This document shows, piece by piece, positions 1 to 11,093 of a DNA stretch of 64,000 nt (within the stretch, counting starts at the first letter, position 1; the number at the start of each line of letters is the position of its first letter). The DNA comes from Sarea resinae. Lineage: Eukaryota. The translations under genes were made by a program, and so were the position numbers. The stretch lies in the NCBI GenBank assembly GCA_026026165.1, contig JAPEUD010000002.1, positions 682,001 to 746,000 on the forward strand. The letters are read 5' to 3'. The notes under the pieces were generated by a model, which made no database searches, was not told the DNA's origin, and saw only the letters and a list, made by a program, of their open reading frames with translations.

Positions 1-2
1 AA

Positions 3-245
3 CAGCAGAATATCTCACAATCCACGAATCCATCTAATGACCAGCATAATCACCAGTATAACCAGTCTATGGATCCAGTGTATCAATTCCAACAAGGTCA
101 GGGCATGGATTTCGTGGGTCAGAACACGCAATCTGGTGCAGGCGGTGCGGAAAAGGGCGGGCTGTTTGGAGCGTGGAATGCAGTGACGCCTCCCGGGATG
201 TGCGTGGGGATCCACGGGGGCATGATGGACGAAGAGATGGTTTGA
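3..245 (+). CDS. 3' end of an unidentified gene entering from the left edge (Q/N-rich C-terminus)
   Basis: Frame 3 is open from the window edge to TGA at 243-245: QQNISQSTNPSNDQHNHQYNQ...GIHGGMMDEEMV*. No recognisable domain. Confidence 0.45.
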   Translation, partial: QQNISQSTNPSNDQHNHQYNQSMDPVYQFQQGQGMDFVGQNTQSGAGGAEKGGLFGAWNAVTPPGMCVGIHGGMMDEEMV

Positions 246-2539
246 TCTTCCACTTTTGTTGAAGGGAAGAACTCACTCGATAGCGATTAGTATCCTCAGT
301 GCTGCCTTTTCCCAATTCTTTCTCTGACTCTTTCATATACATTCCGCTCATTCAATCTCCCTGCTCCCTTCTCGTAAGGGGCCAAGCGTGCAATTGCATA
401 CCCTACCCTGCTCCGTCTTTTACCCATAGCATGTTCCACACCGCAAATTAGGTATTCCATACCATGGGGATGCCTTTCAGTCGCTACAGAGAAGTAGATG
501 GACGTAGACACTGAACATAGCAAGTCTTCGAAGATCTACGTCCCTATCTCTCTAGCCAGACTTCGATCGCCGTCCCCTCTTACTCACTGTGCTCAATGAT
601 TTCCCGTACGACACGTCATCATATCTAACTAGGTAGGCATTGCTCCAAGAACTACTACAGTGTCCGAGCTAATATATGCCAAACACGAATACCCATCTGC
701 GCTTCCATCGATCCAGAAAATCGTGAAGATCGAAATCACTCGTTCCACCGCCTCAAAAGAATACTCAACCGATTTCTCTGGACGATACTACGAATCTGCA
801 TTCTGCTTCTATCTTTCACATTGTGGGATATATCCTCGGGTCGAGTTGGAAGTGGTTCATGGATGGACCGCCATAAGCGTTACAGACTAGATTAATGAAT
901 TCGTTGCTGCTGATTTAGGTTCCTGACATAGACACCGTCTAAACTGTGATGGTAACCCTCCGCGACAGAGATACTGATTCTGTTGTCCAAGCACGATAGA
1001 CCCTACATGTCGGCACAACAAGCTTTCCCATTCCCCAAACGGCAAAACCACAATATCAAATTCACCAAAAAAGCTCAGGTCCCCCCCGACGGAGGACCCT
1101 ACGAAAACCCACTTTGCGTTTGGGGGTTTTCATGGGGAGGACCGACTACGAATTGTCTTAAGCTCCCATTCTACACATAAGTACATGGGGAAAGGGTTCT
1201 CTTTCTCGACCCTTTATGTTCGACACGCTCCATAAGGGAATCTATGTTATGGGAAACCATAAATGCCCCCAGATTGTGCCACAACCCCACCTATTGGGAT
1301 GAGGAGATGTGAAGTAAATAGATATACCTACCTAGGTTACCTTGTTTGTATTACCCTTACCCTTGGGGGCTCTGGGCCACCATACACGTAGGTAAGCAAT
1401 CCTAGACTGCTAGGCATTCACCCGCGCGTCTCCACTCGTATACACACGCAATGGCACATGCTTCCTCTACGGCATCTAGTAACCCGACCATACCTTGACC
1501 ACTCGTATATGCACCCATGTACTCAACACTCACCCACGCAATGACCCAGCTCACGCCCGGGCTCGCACTTACACAAACACACCAACTACATGTACTCTCG
1601 CAGACACTACATTGATGGCACTACGATGGTATACAGCATACAGCCCACGGTCTTACACCAAGTCACGCGTTTCAAAGAATGAGAGGAAACTGAGTTGCGA
1701 CCCATCAAAAATAAAGAATATATTCAACCCCTGCGACACCAGGCGCTCAAGCCGTCCTCTCTCCCTCGGAAGGCTCCTCGCCTCTCCTGGCTACACGGCC
1801 CGTCGAACGGAACAAGTAGCGGGACAAAGACCTAAGAGATAGTGCTGGAGCGGCACAAGTACACAGCGACGAGGGAAAGTAAACAAGAAGAGAATGGAAA
1901 AAAAATGCCACCTAGACGCCGTAAATGGTTACAGCTCTAGGTCGAGCTAATAGCCACCACTACCCAATTGGGCCCCCACGACCATTGCTGGGGGCCTAAG
2001 TAAGAAAGAAAGGGAAAATTGACGAGAGGCATGCCTGGCACATAGAATGCATATGATGCTAGGGCCAATTCATCCGCGGTATGGAAGGAGTGTAAGAATA
2101 GAAAGAAGTAAAGTATGACAATGATGATAGCGGTAAAGGAAAAGACAAGAGATGGGGTTCGGATAAGTGTTGCTGTTTGGTTGTGACACATTTGACAACA
2201 GAAAGAAGGTAAGAATCCTCAAAAGATCTGTCTGTCCAGGAAAGTGCTAGTCGCGTATCAGATGGAACCTTCGTTACTTGGCTAGTTCGGTACTGCTAGC
2301 TGGCAAGTAAGCTGCGTTTCGGAGGCGGTTGATTGAGAAGGTGCTGAGATTGAGGATCTTCGAAACGACGGACGAGCAATAGTCTCCACTGGAGGCTGAG
2401 ATCAAGCGCTAGAGAGTGAGGTTAGCAATGATCTCAACAAATGAACGCCTGCCAATCAAAGCAAGCAACGACCCAGATTGGGGGAGAACGGGACGGAAGA
2501 ACAGAGAGAGATAAGGTTTACACACCTCATTTCAAGCGC

Positions 2540-2848
2540 TTAAAGAGCATTAGCCTCAGCGATAGCCTCAGCCAGAGCCTCAGCAGAGCGCTTAGCCTTG
2601 GAACAAGGCTGTCCCGGCAAATGACAGAAATGCTTGATTGGTTCCGCCTCGGCCTCTGGGGCAGCTTCAGGCATGGCAAAGGCGGCGGCGGCAGCCTCGG
2701 CCGCACGCTTAGCCTTAGAGCAAGGCTGGCCTGGCAGATGGCAGAAATGCTTGATGGCTTCAGCGTCCGGTTCGGGCATTGGGGCCGCGGCGGCTTGGAT
2801 GGAGGTTGCGGCCAGGAGGGCGGCGAAGACGAGAGAGATGACCTTCAT
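2540..2848 (-). CDS. ppgA: alpha-factor-like mating pheromone precursor (ppgA/ccg-4/ppg1 class)
   Basis: Signal peptide; two identical IKHFCHLPGQPCSKAKR repeats; Kex2 KR sites; perfect X-A/X-P (Ste13) dipeptide spacers; C-x3-G-Q-x-C core typical of Pezizomycotina alpha pheromones. Confidence 0.88.
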   Translation of the reverse strand: MKVISLVFAALLAATSIQAAAAPMPEPDAEAIKHFCHLPGQPCSKAKRAAEAAAAAFAMPEAAPEAEAEPIKHFCHLPGQPCSKAKRSAEALAEAIAEANAL

Positions 2849-3011
2849 GTTGATGTTTTTGGTTTGCTTTTCCGTAGAAGAAAAAGAGTTTAAGTAAATT
2901 TAGATAGTGCTTTAGCAGAAAGATCTGTCTGTAAGATGTTCAGAGAGTGTATGGAAAGCGATTGTGATACTGGATTGTAAGTTGATGAGGGGACGGAGGA
3001 CCAGGAAGGCG

Positions 3012-4252
3012 TATTTATAGACAGGTAGTGAGCCTAAATCAGTCTTGTTCGCTGCTTGTTCAGGTTGTCAATAAGATACCGAGTGCGAATGAAGCTATCG
3101 CGATGTCAATAGGAGTTGTCCGTAAACCCAAAAGCCACGAATTGGCTAGAGCAAGACGTTGAAGAAACGGCCAATAAAGGTGGACAGAAAATAGATCTGT
3201 CAATATGATCTGGACCGAACTACTTCCTAACAACAGATAATTGACTCTTTGAGAGATTCGCTGGGGCTGTGGTGCATTGCTTATTGACAGGGCTGAAGAC
3301 AGATAGGTTTTGTCAATAAGATCCATGTCAAGCCCTTGGACCCCGTCCGTCCAGGCACGACCGAAGAATTCCCTGTAGAATTGGGTTGAGTGTATAGTTG
3401 GGACTTATGGAGAAGGTTTTTGGAGAAAGGGTCAGGGGCAAAACAGTTGTAGAAGAAATCAAGAATTGAAGAGCGCCGAAGGTGGCTCGACCAGGTTTGG
3501 TTCCTTAGCGCTGAAGCCATCACCACTGCTGGTTCAAAGGTTAGAGTTTCCTTGATGTCCTTTGAGAGTTCATGAGCAGGATTTGAACCATGGATGGTAT
3601 TGAAGGAGATGTGTTCTTGAATTCCGCCGATCGAATATTTGTGGTATTGGCGGTGTCGACGGATTCAGGTATCAATAAACCCAATCGGGTTTAGCGTGAA
3701 ATTCACACTGCCCTTCGCATTTCGAAAATAATGCCTAGAAATAAGGATCGGGCGCCTAACAGGTTATTCCAGTCAATAGCGACCTTCAGCAGTCAATAGC
3801 GATTAATATGTACCAGAAATTCCGCCTGTAATGTGTGCCATCGAAGGTTGTCATGTACTTTGGCCATCAATCGAACAAAAGTGGCTGGGCTTGCATGAAC
3901 TCCGAGTAGACGGGCAGTTTGAATGCCCACAGACACACAGCAATGAAAAGCAAAGGTAGCCACAATTTACAAGAGAAAGCAATCAATGATGGCAAACAGT
4001 GACCGGCAGGTCTGGACTTCGCCCGAGAAAGATTATGCACAGTGAGGGTGCGCAGATGAGGAAGATGGCTATCGCGCTGCTTGGAGATACATCTGGTCGA
4101 ATTCAGCTCTGAAAGGCGGGAAGATAGCAAAGTGCTCTGTAGGGGAGATTATCTCGGTGCACAACTTCAAGAGCGAAAGCTATAGAGAAGTTGCAGACTT
4201 TCAAGAATAGTGCGGGTGTGGTTGTGTGAGAAGATGCGGTATCGGTCAATAG
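3012..4252 (-). promoter_or_regulatory. pheromone gene promoter: TATA box plus a cluster of (C/T)TATTGAC motifs resembling the MAT1-1-1 site
   Basis: TATAAA on the minus strand at 3014-3019. Exact GTCAATA/TATTGAC at 3067, 3105, 3199, 3282, 3312, 3772, 3792 and 4245. Confidence 0.7.
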
Positions 4253-5008
4253 TACGTCTGTCCCCACGATCGTGGAACTCTCTTCCAACAGCCAGGTGAG
4301 CGAGTAGCATGACAGCGTTGAGAGATCAGAAGGGGAAGCATCCTTCGCATTATCGAAGGCAGATTGTGCAGTTGTAGATCATGTGTCGTAACAATACATC
4401 TCTATCCCTGCGGGGATCAGCGGAAAGGTCAGCGGAAGGTATTATCATTTCACCGATCAAGGGACAGCGGGAGGTGATGAAGCCCTGAGCTGCGGTGAGA
4501 GGGACGTCGAACACGAAATACTATGAGTACAAGGCCCGACGTACAGAATGCTGCGCACGCAGTACAAGGGTGGGGCCGGTCGGTCTCCGCGCGGAGATCA
4601 GCCTGTCGTGGCATCCATGCCCTGTTCCCTGGCCTGCGTGCTTCCGCTGTGAAAGCGCTCCAGGGCTTTTCTTTTCTCGGGGAAGAGACGGGGAAGGCTA
4701 GAGCGACGGCTACGGGCGCTGCTACGGCTCGGAACTACATGTTCGAGGTACAAGTGAAAAGTATCCAGTACGGATCATTACCGCCGCCGACCGACCGGAA
4801 TCTTGGAAGGGAAAAACCGCAAAGCCAAGGTACTTTGGTCTCGTACTGCAATGAACTGTAGCAACCACCGGAGATCCTCTGTTCTCTCCCATTCAGGCCT
4901 CTTTTCACCCCTCAACTTCAACCTACCTACCTACTTGCCTCTCGTCACCTCTCGTCACCCTTCTCCCCGCCCTACCTCTCCACTCTCACATCTCAGCTGG
5001 CATTGAAG

Positions 5009-6509
5009 ATGTTGTCCCGCAGCTCCGCCCGATCAACGCAGGTATGTTCTATCGAATTCGAAAAAGGGTTGATCCCCTCACGCACATCGACCAAACAATC
5101 AAACGGCCACGTCAAGGTTAACTTTGATCGCTTTCTGTAGTTCCTGCTGCGGGCCACCAAGGCCACTTCACGATGTTCCGTCCCTTCGCACATGACGAGA
5201 TGTAAGCTGCCTGCACCTCTCACAACGCTTGACGGCTTCGTGCGCCTGAACTAATGCAATGGCTTGACAGCGATGGCCACGGTGAACGCCGACATTTTCA
5301 AGCCAACGAAGTATGGCGGCAAGTACACGGTCACGCTCATTCCAGGTATGCAGAAAGATCCTAGGGTCCCCTTGAATGAACGGCAGAGCTCATTCGCAAT
5401 GAAACAGGTGACGGTATCGGTGCCGAAGTTGCAGAATCAGTTAAGACCATCTTCAAAGCCGACAATGTCCCCGTCGAGTGGGAGCAGGTCGATGTGTCTG
5501 GTGTAGAGACAGGGAGCAAGCATTCAGAGGAACTCTTCCGGGAATCAATCGCATCCCTCAAGCGTAACAAGCTGGGCTTGAAGGGTATGCGCCCTCCTTA
5601 GCCGTTCCAGCCATAGGTTTTTAAGTCTAACACAGTCGCGCAGGTATCCTACACACACCCGTGGAGCGATCTGGGCATCAGTCTTTCAACGTCGCGCTGC
5701 GTCAGGAGCTGGACATCTACGCATCTATTGTCCTGATCAAGAACATCCCAGGCTACAAGACCCGTCACGACAATGTGGATCTGTGCATCATCCGAGAGAA
5801 TACCGAGGGCGAGTACTCAGGGCTAGAGCACCAATCTGTACCGGGTGTCGTCGAATCACTCAAGATCATCACGAGGGCCAAGTCGGAGCGGATCGCCAAG
5901 TTTGCCTTTAGCTTCGCACTGGCAAACAACCGTAAGAAGGTTACCTGTATCCACAAAGCCAACATCATGAAGCTGGCCGATGGTCTTTTCCGAAACACCT
6001 TCAAGAAGGTCGCCGAGGACTACCCAACTCTGGAGACGAACGACATGATCGTTGACAACGCTTCCATGCAAGCAGTCTCCAGGCCTCAACAATTTGACGT
6101 CATGGTCATGCCTAACCTGTACGGTGGCATTCTCTCCAACGTCGGTGCTGCGCTCGTCGGTGGTCCAGGTATTGTGCCCGGCTGCAACATGGGAAGAGAA
6201 GTTGCCGTCTTCGAGCCGGGCTGCCGACACGTCGGTCTCGACATTAAGGGCAAGGACCAAGCAAACCCGACTGCCATGATCCTTTCTGGTTCTATGCTTC
6301 TAAGACACTTGGGCCTTGACGACCATGCCAACCGTATCTCAAAGGCTGTCTACGACGTCATCAGCGAAGGGTGCGTTCTCATTTTTCTTATTTGAGATAC
6401 TTATGCTAATTCCAACTCTAGCAAAACCCGCACTCGGGACATGGGTGGAAACTCTAGCACGCATGAATTTACCCGCGCGGTGCTCGACAAGATGGAGCTC
6501 GAATACTGA
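5009..6509 (+). CDS. IDH1: mitochondrial NAD-dependent isocitrate dehydrogenase subunit 1 (multi-exon)
   Basis: Mitochondrial-type presequence MLSRSSARSTQ; KYGGKYTVTLIPGDGIG; IIRENTEGEYSGLEH; HKANIMKLADGLF; PNLYG; FEPGCRHVGLDIKG; canonical introns. Confidence 0.95.
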
Positions 6510-6740
6510 GCCTTTTCACATTTATTGTCACTGATGAGGATCGTGGGGCCGTGGAATTGGTCACGGAGCAGGAGAATATAGGGGTGTAACAAATGTACTC
6601 TAGAAACGCATATTGATATCCGTACTAAACCCTGCGAAACGCCTACGCTCTCTTTCCAGGAGCTAACGCCACACCTTTTAGGCCGTAGTCTCCATAGGCC
6701 TGAAGCACAAATTTGTCGCCTGTAAAAGTTCCCCCTTCGT

Positions 6741-7646
6741 TCAAAAGGCCGTACGTCTCTTCCTCCCCGTATATTTTGAGGACGCCTTTACCACCTTTCC
6801 TTTTCTCTCCATCTGATCCTTCTTCCGCATGATCCATTTCTTACTCCCTTTTCTCTCCTCACCTCTCTTCCTGTCCCTATCCCTCACCCTCTTCCTCCCA
6901 TCCACAACATCCACTCCATCCATTCCTCTCACAACGCCCGTGATATCTCCGGTGACGTCCCCGCCGCCTACCGTCAAAACAAGAAACAATTTGCTGTTCT
7001 TTGTGCCAGGATCATCCTCCAATACACCTGCGCCAAACCCGGCCCGCACCGCCGCCGCCTCAATCATACCCCTCTGCTCGTCGTTCTTCGGATAAAATTG
7101 ACAGACAGCCCTCCCTCCACGTCTTAAGCTCGCATATAGTCCGTTGAAAAACCGACTCAGTCGCCCTTGGACGCTGACGTCGCTGCTCTCCGCATTGCAA
7201 AGCCATTGGATGGCGCTGATGCTGATGGCTGCGTCAAAAGTCCCGGCGCGGAAGGGTAGGCCCTGACCCATGTCTGCGAGGAAGAGATCGCCTTCTACGG
7301 AGCGTTGAAGTGCGATCGAGAGCATGGAGGCCGAGATGTCCATGCCAATCCATGTGTGCGGCCCGCCCGGGTTGTCTTCAGCGGAGGGCGTCGAGAGGAT
7401 TTCACCCGAGAGACCAGATCCGCAGCCGATGTCAAGGATTAGACTGGGTGAGGATAGGGAGAGGAGGGAGAGGGCGCGGTGGGTCATTGAGATTTGGATC
7501 TTTTGGATGCGGGAGGATGTTGTGTATTTGGAGGATTCGGTGTCATTGTAGAAAAGGTCGGGAGGGCTGGAATGTAAGTGTCAGAAGATTTTAATAAAAG
7601 GTCAGCATCTTTGGGAACCGTACAGAAGGTCTTCGGGGCGAGACAT
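6741..7646 (-). CDS. BUD23: 18S rRNA (guanine-N7)-methyltransferase Bud23/WBSCR22
   Basis: MSRPED start (ATG at 7646), one intron, ILDIGCGSGLSG SAM motif, AISISAIQWLCNA, C-terminal SKYTGRKRR. Confidence 0.95.
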
Positions 7647-8300
7647 TGTGGGTAGTATTTCTCCTCGTTTGAATTTTGGCGGTTGAAGTGCCTTGTCAAA
7701 ATAATGGTGAGGAAGATAGATAGTTGCTTCCAATACAACGAAAAGATGCGCGCGTGGCTCTAGCTCAAAAACGAAGAGAATTCGCGGGATAAAGATTGCT
7801 TCTAATAAACGAGCAATGCAACATTGAGATCTCCCGGCAGGAACGTCATCTGTGGCCGGCTCTTCTGTTCGCGATAAGTTTTTGGATGATTCCCTCGAGA
7901 TTTGTGAAGCCGATCAATGTGGCGGTAAATTCCGCGCGGAAGACCCCGTCATCATCGCTCTGTCCCCATGCATTGCCGCAACGAGACACCTATGTAAAGA
8001 GCGCGAGGGACCTGCCATGGGCCCTGCGTGAACTCCGCATGCGCGACCGCATTTATAGCAACACTACCATCGCCACTACATCTGCACTGGAATTGAAATG
8101 ACCGAATAAGAGAATGGAATAGGCCGTGAACAATTTACAGAGCGGATACGGAAAAAGGGACAGCAAGCGACAAGAGTTCCAGCGCGAAAGACGATATCAA
8201 TAGCACCCCCCACATACAAAGCTCAGATAGGACAGAGAGGCAAGGCACGGCCACTTGCTTCCATGGGTATCGAATAAATCACAAACCTCCACGCGTCAAG

Positions 8301-9336
8301 ATGTGGATTCTCCCACTGGTCGGCTACATAGGCCTAGTCCTGGGCTTCGGATTCTTGACTCTCGCAATAGGTGTGCCCTCCGTGCCTTCTGTGCCCTCTC
8401 CTCAACATCATCCCTCAATCACTATGGCCTTCCTTTCTGTGTGCTTGCCTGCCTTCTCTCCTAGCATACGCCCTTAATTGACTGATCATTTTGACTAATC
8501 CTGCTTCAAAAACAACAGCATCGGGGCTCTACTACCTCTCTGAGCTCGTCGAAGAGCACACCGTGTTGGCGAAAAAGCTCCTTACTCGCCTCATCTATAG
8601 CATCATCGCCATTCAGCTCCTCTTGACCCTAATTGACGGCTTTCCCTTCTGGCTCTCTCTACTCAGCATCGCGTCCCATGCTGTTTACGCCGGAAATTTG
8701 CGCCGGTTTCCTGTTGTCAAGCTCTCGGATCCTTTATTCCTCCTTTCTTGCGGTAATTCTTCCCTCTACCCTCCCCTTTCAATACGGCCTCGCGTTCTGG
8801 CCACACTACTCTCTAGAAAATCTTCTTTAGTACTCCGATATCTAAGGTATCTGATGGCCTGTACTGATACTAATAAATAACCAGTCCTCGTAATCATCAA
8901 CCACCTCCTCTGGTTCCGACACTTCTCGGCTCCTCCACCACTCCCGCGCCCAGGGTACCCAGCCTCGAGCTACGCAGCCGCCGACATTCCCTCCTTCACC
9001 GAGATCTCCTCCTATTTCGGTCTCTGCGTTTGGCTTGTACCATTTGCGCTATTCGTGTCGCTGTCTGCGGGCGAGAACGTGCTGCCATCTACAAGCAATG
9101 AATACGCATCCAGCATGAGCGGTGGAGGATCAGGTCTAGGAGCAGCGGGACCGAGCTCGTCTGGTGGTGATGGCCTCGCTCCGTTAGGAGACCCGGCGGG
9201 TATGGTGGCAAGGGGCCGGAGTACGGTCCGCAAGAAGGGTCTGGCGCGGGCGGTGGTGGATGGCGTTAGGGAATGGGTTGGGGAGAGCGGGGAGCTCATG
9301 GGATGGTGGGGCGGGGAGAAAATGAGGAGGTTCTGA
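8301..9336 (+). CDS. SVP26: Svp26/Tex261 ER-Golgi membrane adaptor (3 exons)
   Basis: MWILPLVGYIGLVLGFGFLTLAI|ASGLYYLSELVEEHTV; NHLLWFRHF; SYFGLCVWLVPFALFVSLSAGENVLP. Confidence 0.9.
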
Positions 9337-9725
9337 GATAGTCGGAGACCTCAATGTTCTCTGCCTGACCCTTTCTTTCTCCTTGTCTGAGTCCGGAGAG
9401 TTCGTTGAAAGCTTGTGCCCATTCACAGCGTTCTCGTGTATGATATAGCTATATAAACTTCCCAATCGATTATCGGCCAACCCAGGATCTCATTGTGTTA
9501 TCATTCTCCTATCATGCGACATATCTTATCATGCGACATAGCGGTGCAAGATAGGCCACAACGTCCAACCTTTTCCAGCCATTTCGTCACAATGTCGGCT
9601 GATAGCACTAGCTAGCTAGGTAGATAGCAGTCAATATCTCTAATGTACTCCGCGCGCAATGCGTCAAGCTTTAAGGAAGCACACAAGTAAGGTGGATACG
9701 TAGAAGGCATGTAGGTATGCTGGAT

Positions 9726-10338
9726 GGACTGTGATGAGACAGACGATCGGCCATTTTCGTCTCGGGTCCAAGTCTTGGCATAGGACCTGATCCGAATTTT
9801 GGGACGAATATCGTCGAACGTCTCAGCATCGATGGGGTCTTTTTCAGTGATGGGGGTCGATAACGGAAAGACCCCATCGATGCTGAGACGTTCGACGGTT
9901 CTCGTTCGACATGCCCAGATGGGTGTTTTCGTCAAAATTCGTCGAACGTCTCAGGTCTTTCTCATGTGGATGGGGTCCTGTCCATGCTGAACGGGTCCAT
10001 TCCATGCTGAACGGGTCCATTCCATGCTGAACGGGTCCATTCCATGCTGAACGGGTCCTGTCCATGGACGGAAAGACCCCATTGACGCTGAGACGTTCGA
10101 CGATATTTGTTCCAAAACTCGACTAGTCTTGGTATTCGTCAAATTTCGTCGAACGTCTCAGGTCTTTCTCATGTTGATGGGGTCTTTTTCATGCTGCCAT
10201 ATGGGTGGGGCCTTTCCAATATAGACCCCATCGACGCTGAGACGTTCGACGATTTTCGTTCCAAAACTCGTTTGGCATGCCAAGACGCGTGTTTGCCGGG
10301 GAAAATCGCCGAACGTCTTAGTGTAACATCACAATTCC
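9726..10338. mobile_element. non-autonomous foldback/MITE-like element with ~115-bp imperfect terminal inverted repeats
   Basis: 9793-9840 matches the reverse complement of 10223-10270 at 44/48 nt. Outer arms GGACTGTGATG...CATCACAATTCC and GTCTTGGCAT/ATGCCAAGAC also pair. Internal copies of CGTCGAACGTCTCAG alternate in orientation. No TSD or transposase found. Confidence 0.6.
9981..10066. repeat. 20-bp tandem repeat (TCCATGCTGAACGGGTCCAT), about 4.3 copies
   Basis: Read directly from the sequence; lies at the centre of the foldback element. Confidence 0.95.
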
Positions 10339-11093
10339 GTGCACCGACTAGACCTTATAGTATTATTGAGTACCTTGATCATTTTCGGATGGAGAGAAAG
10401 CAGACATGTGAGAAAAGTAGCCGTGCTATCTACAAAACCATTTACAATCTGCCGATCCACCTTTCATGGCTAGTCCAATCTCCCGCCAGTTCCCTCGCCA
10501 ACCTCACCCAAGGGAGTGAACCCCTAAAATGTTCAATGTTGGCATACCAAAGTTTAAAGGGCTAAGAAAACCAAGAGAGGCGCTTGCTAACGAAATAGCT
10601 ACCGAACGCTGCAAAAAGAAGCCGAGCGAGAAGCAGAAGAGCAAAGGAAGGATTGGTATCAGTATCAAAGAAGAGAGAAGAGACGTTAGTAAATTCGACA
10701 AGTCGAATTGATAAGAAATATGCACTTTCGCATTATCCAGACCATTACCGTGCTCGTCAACCCCATCGGATTATCACCTCCAATATGTGGCACCAGCACC
10801 AGCACCAGTCCTGCTAGCATCCGTCCGCCAGCGGTAGATAATTACATATGAAAGGGAGATATATGGACGCGGGTTGAGTTGTATTTGGGCGTGACAGTGA
10901 CGTTGTAAGAGTCGTATTATTCATTACGCGGCTCCGGACGCGTCAGCGAAGCCGGTGACGGAGACGAAGAAGTAGGGACAAGCTTGTTAGGGGAAAGTAT
11001 CCCAAGTTATATCATGTTCAGCCAGGTCAATGACGTGCTTCGTCTGCTTTGAGTCGATCTAAGAGGCCGAGATGATCAGCTCGATAATCAGAC

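Noticed and set aside
2441..2897. Plus-strand ORFs of 150 and 87 aa
   Set aside because: Antisense shadows of the pheromone precursor.
6500..6560. Cryptic peroxisomal targeting by readthrough at the IDH1 stop
   Set aside because: The context is TGA-GCC rather than TGA-CTA, and no SKL-like terminus follows.
9780..10330. CRISPR-like appearance of regularly spaced repeats
   Set aside because: The repeats alternate in orientation, the spacers are related to each other, no cas genes are present and the context is eukaryotic. A foldback element fits better.
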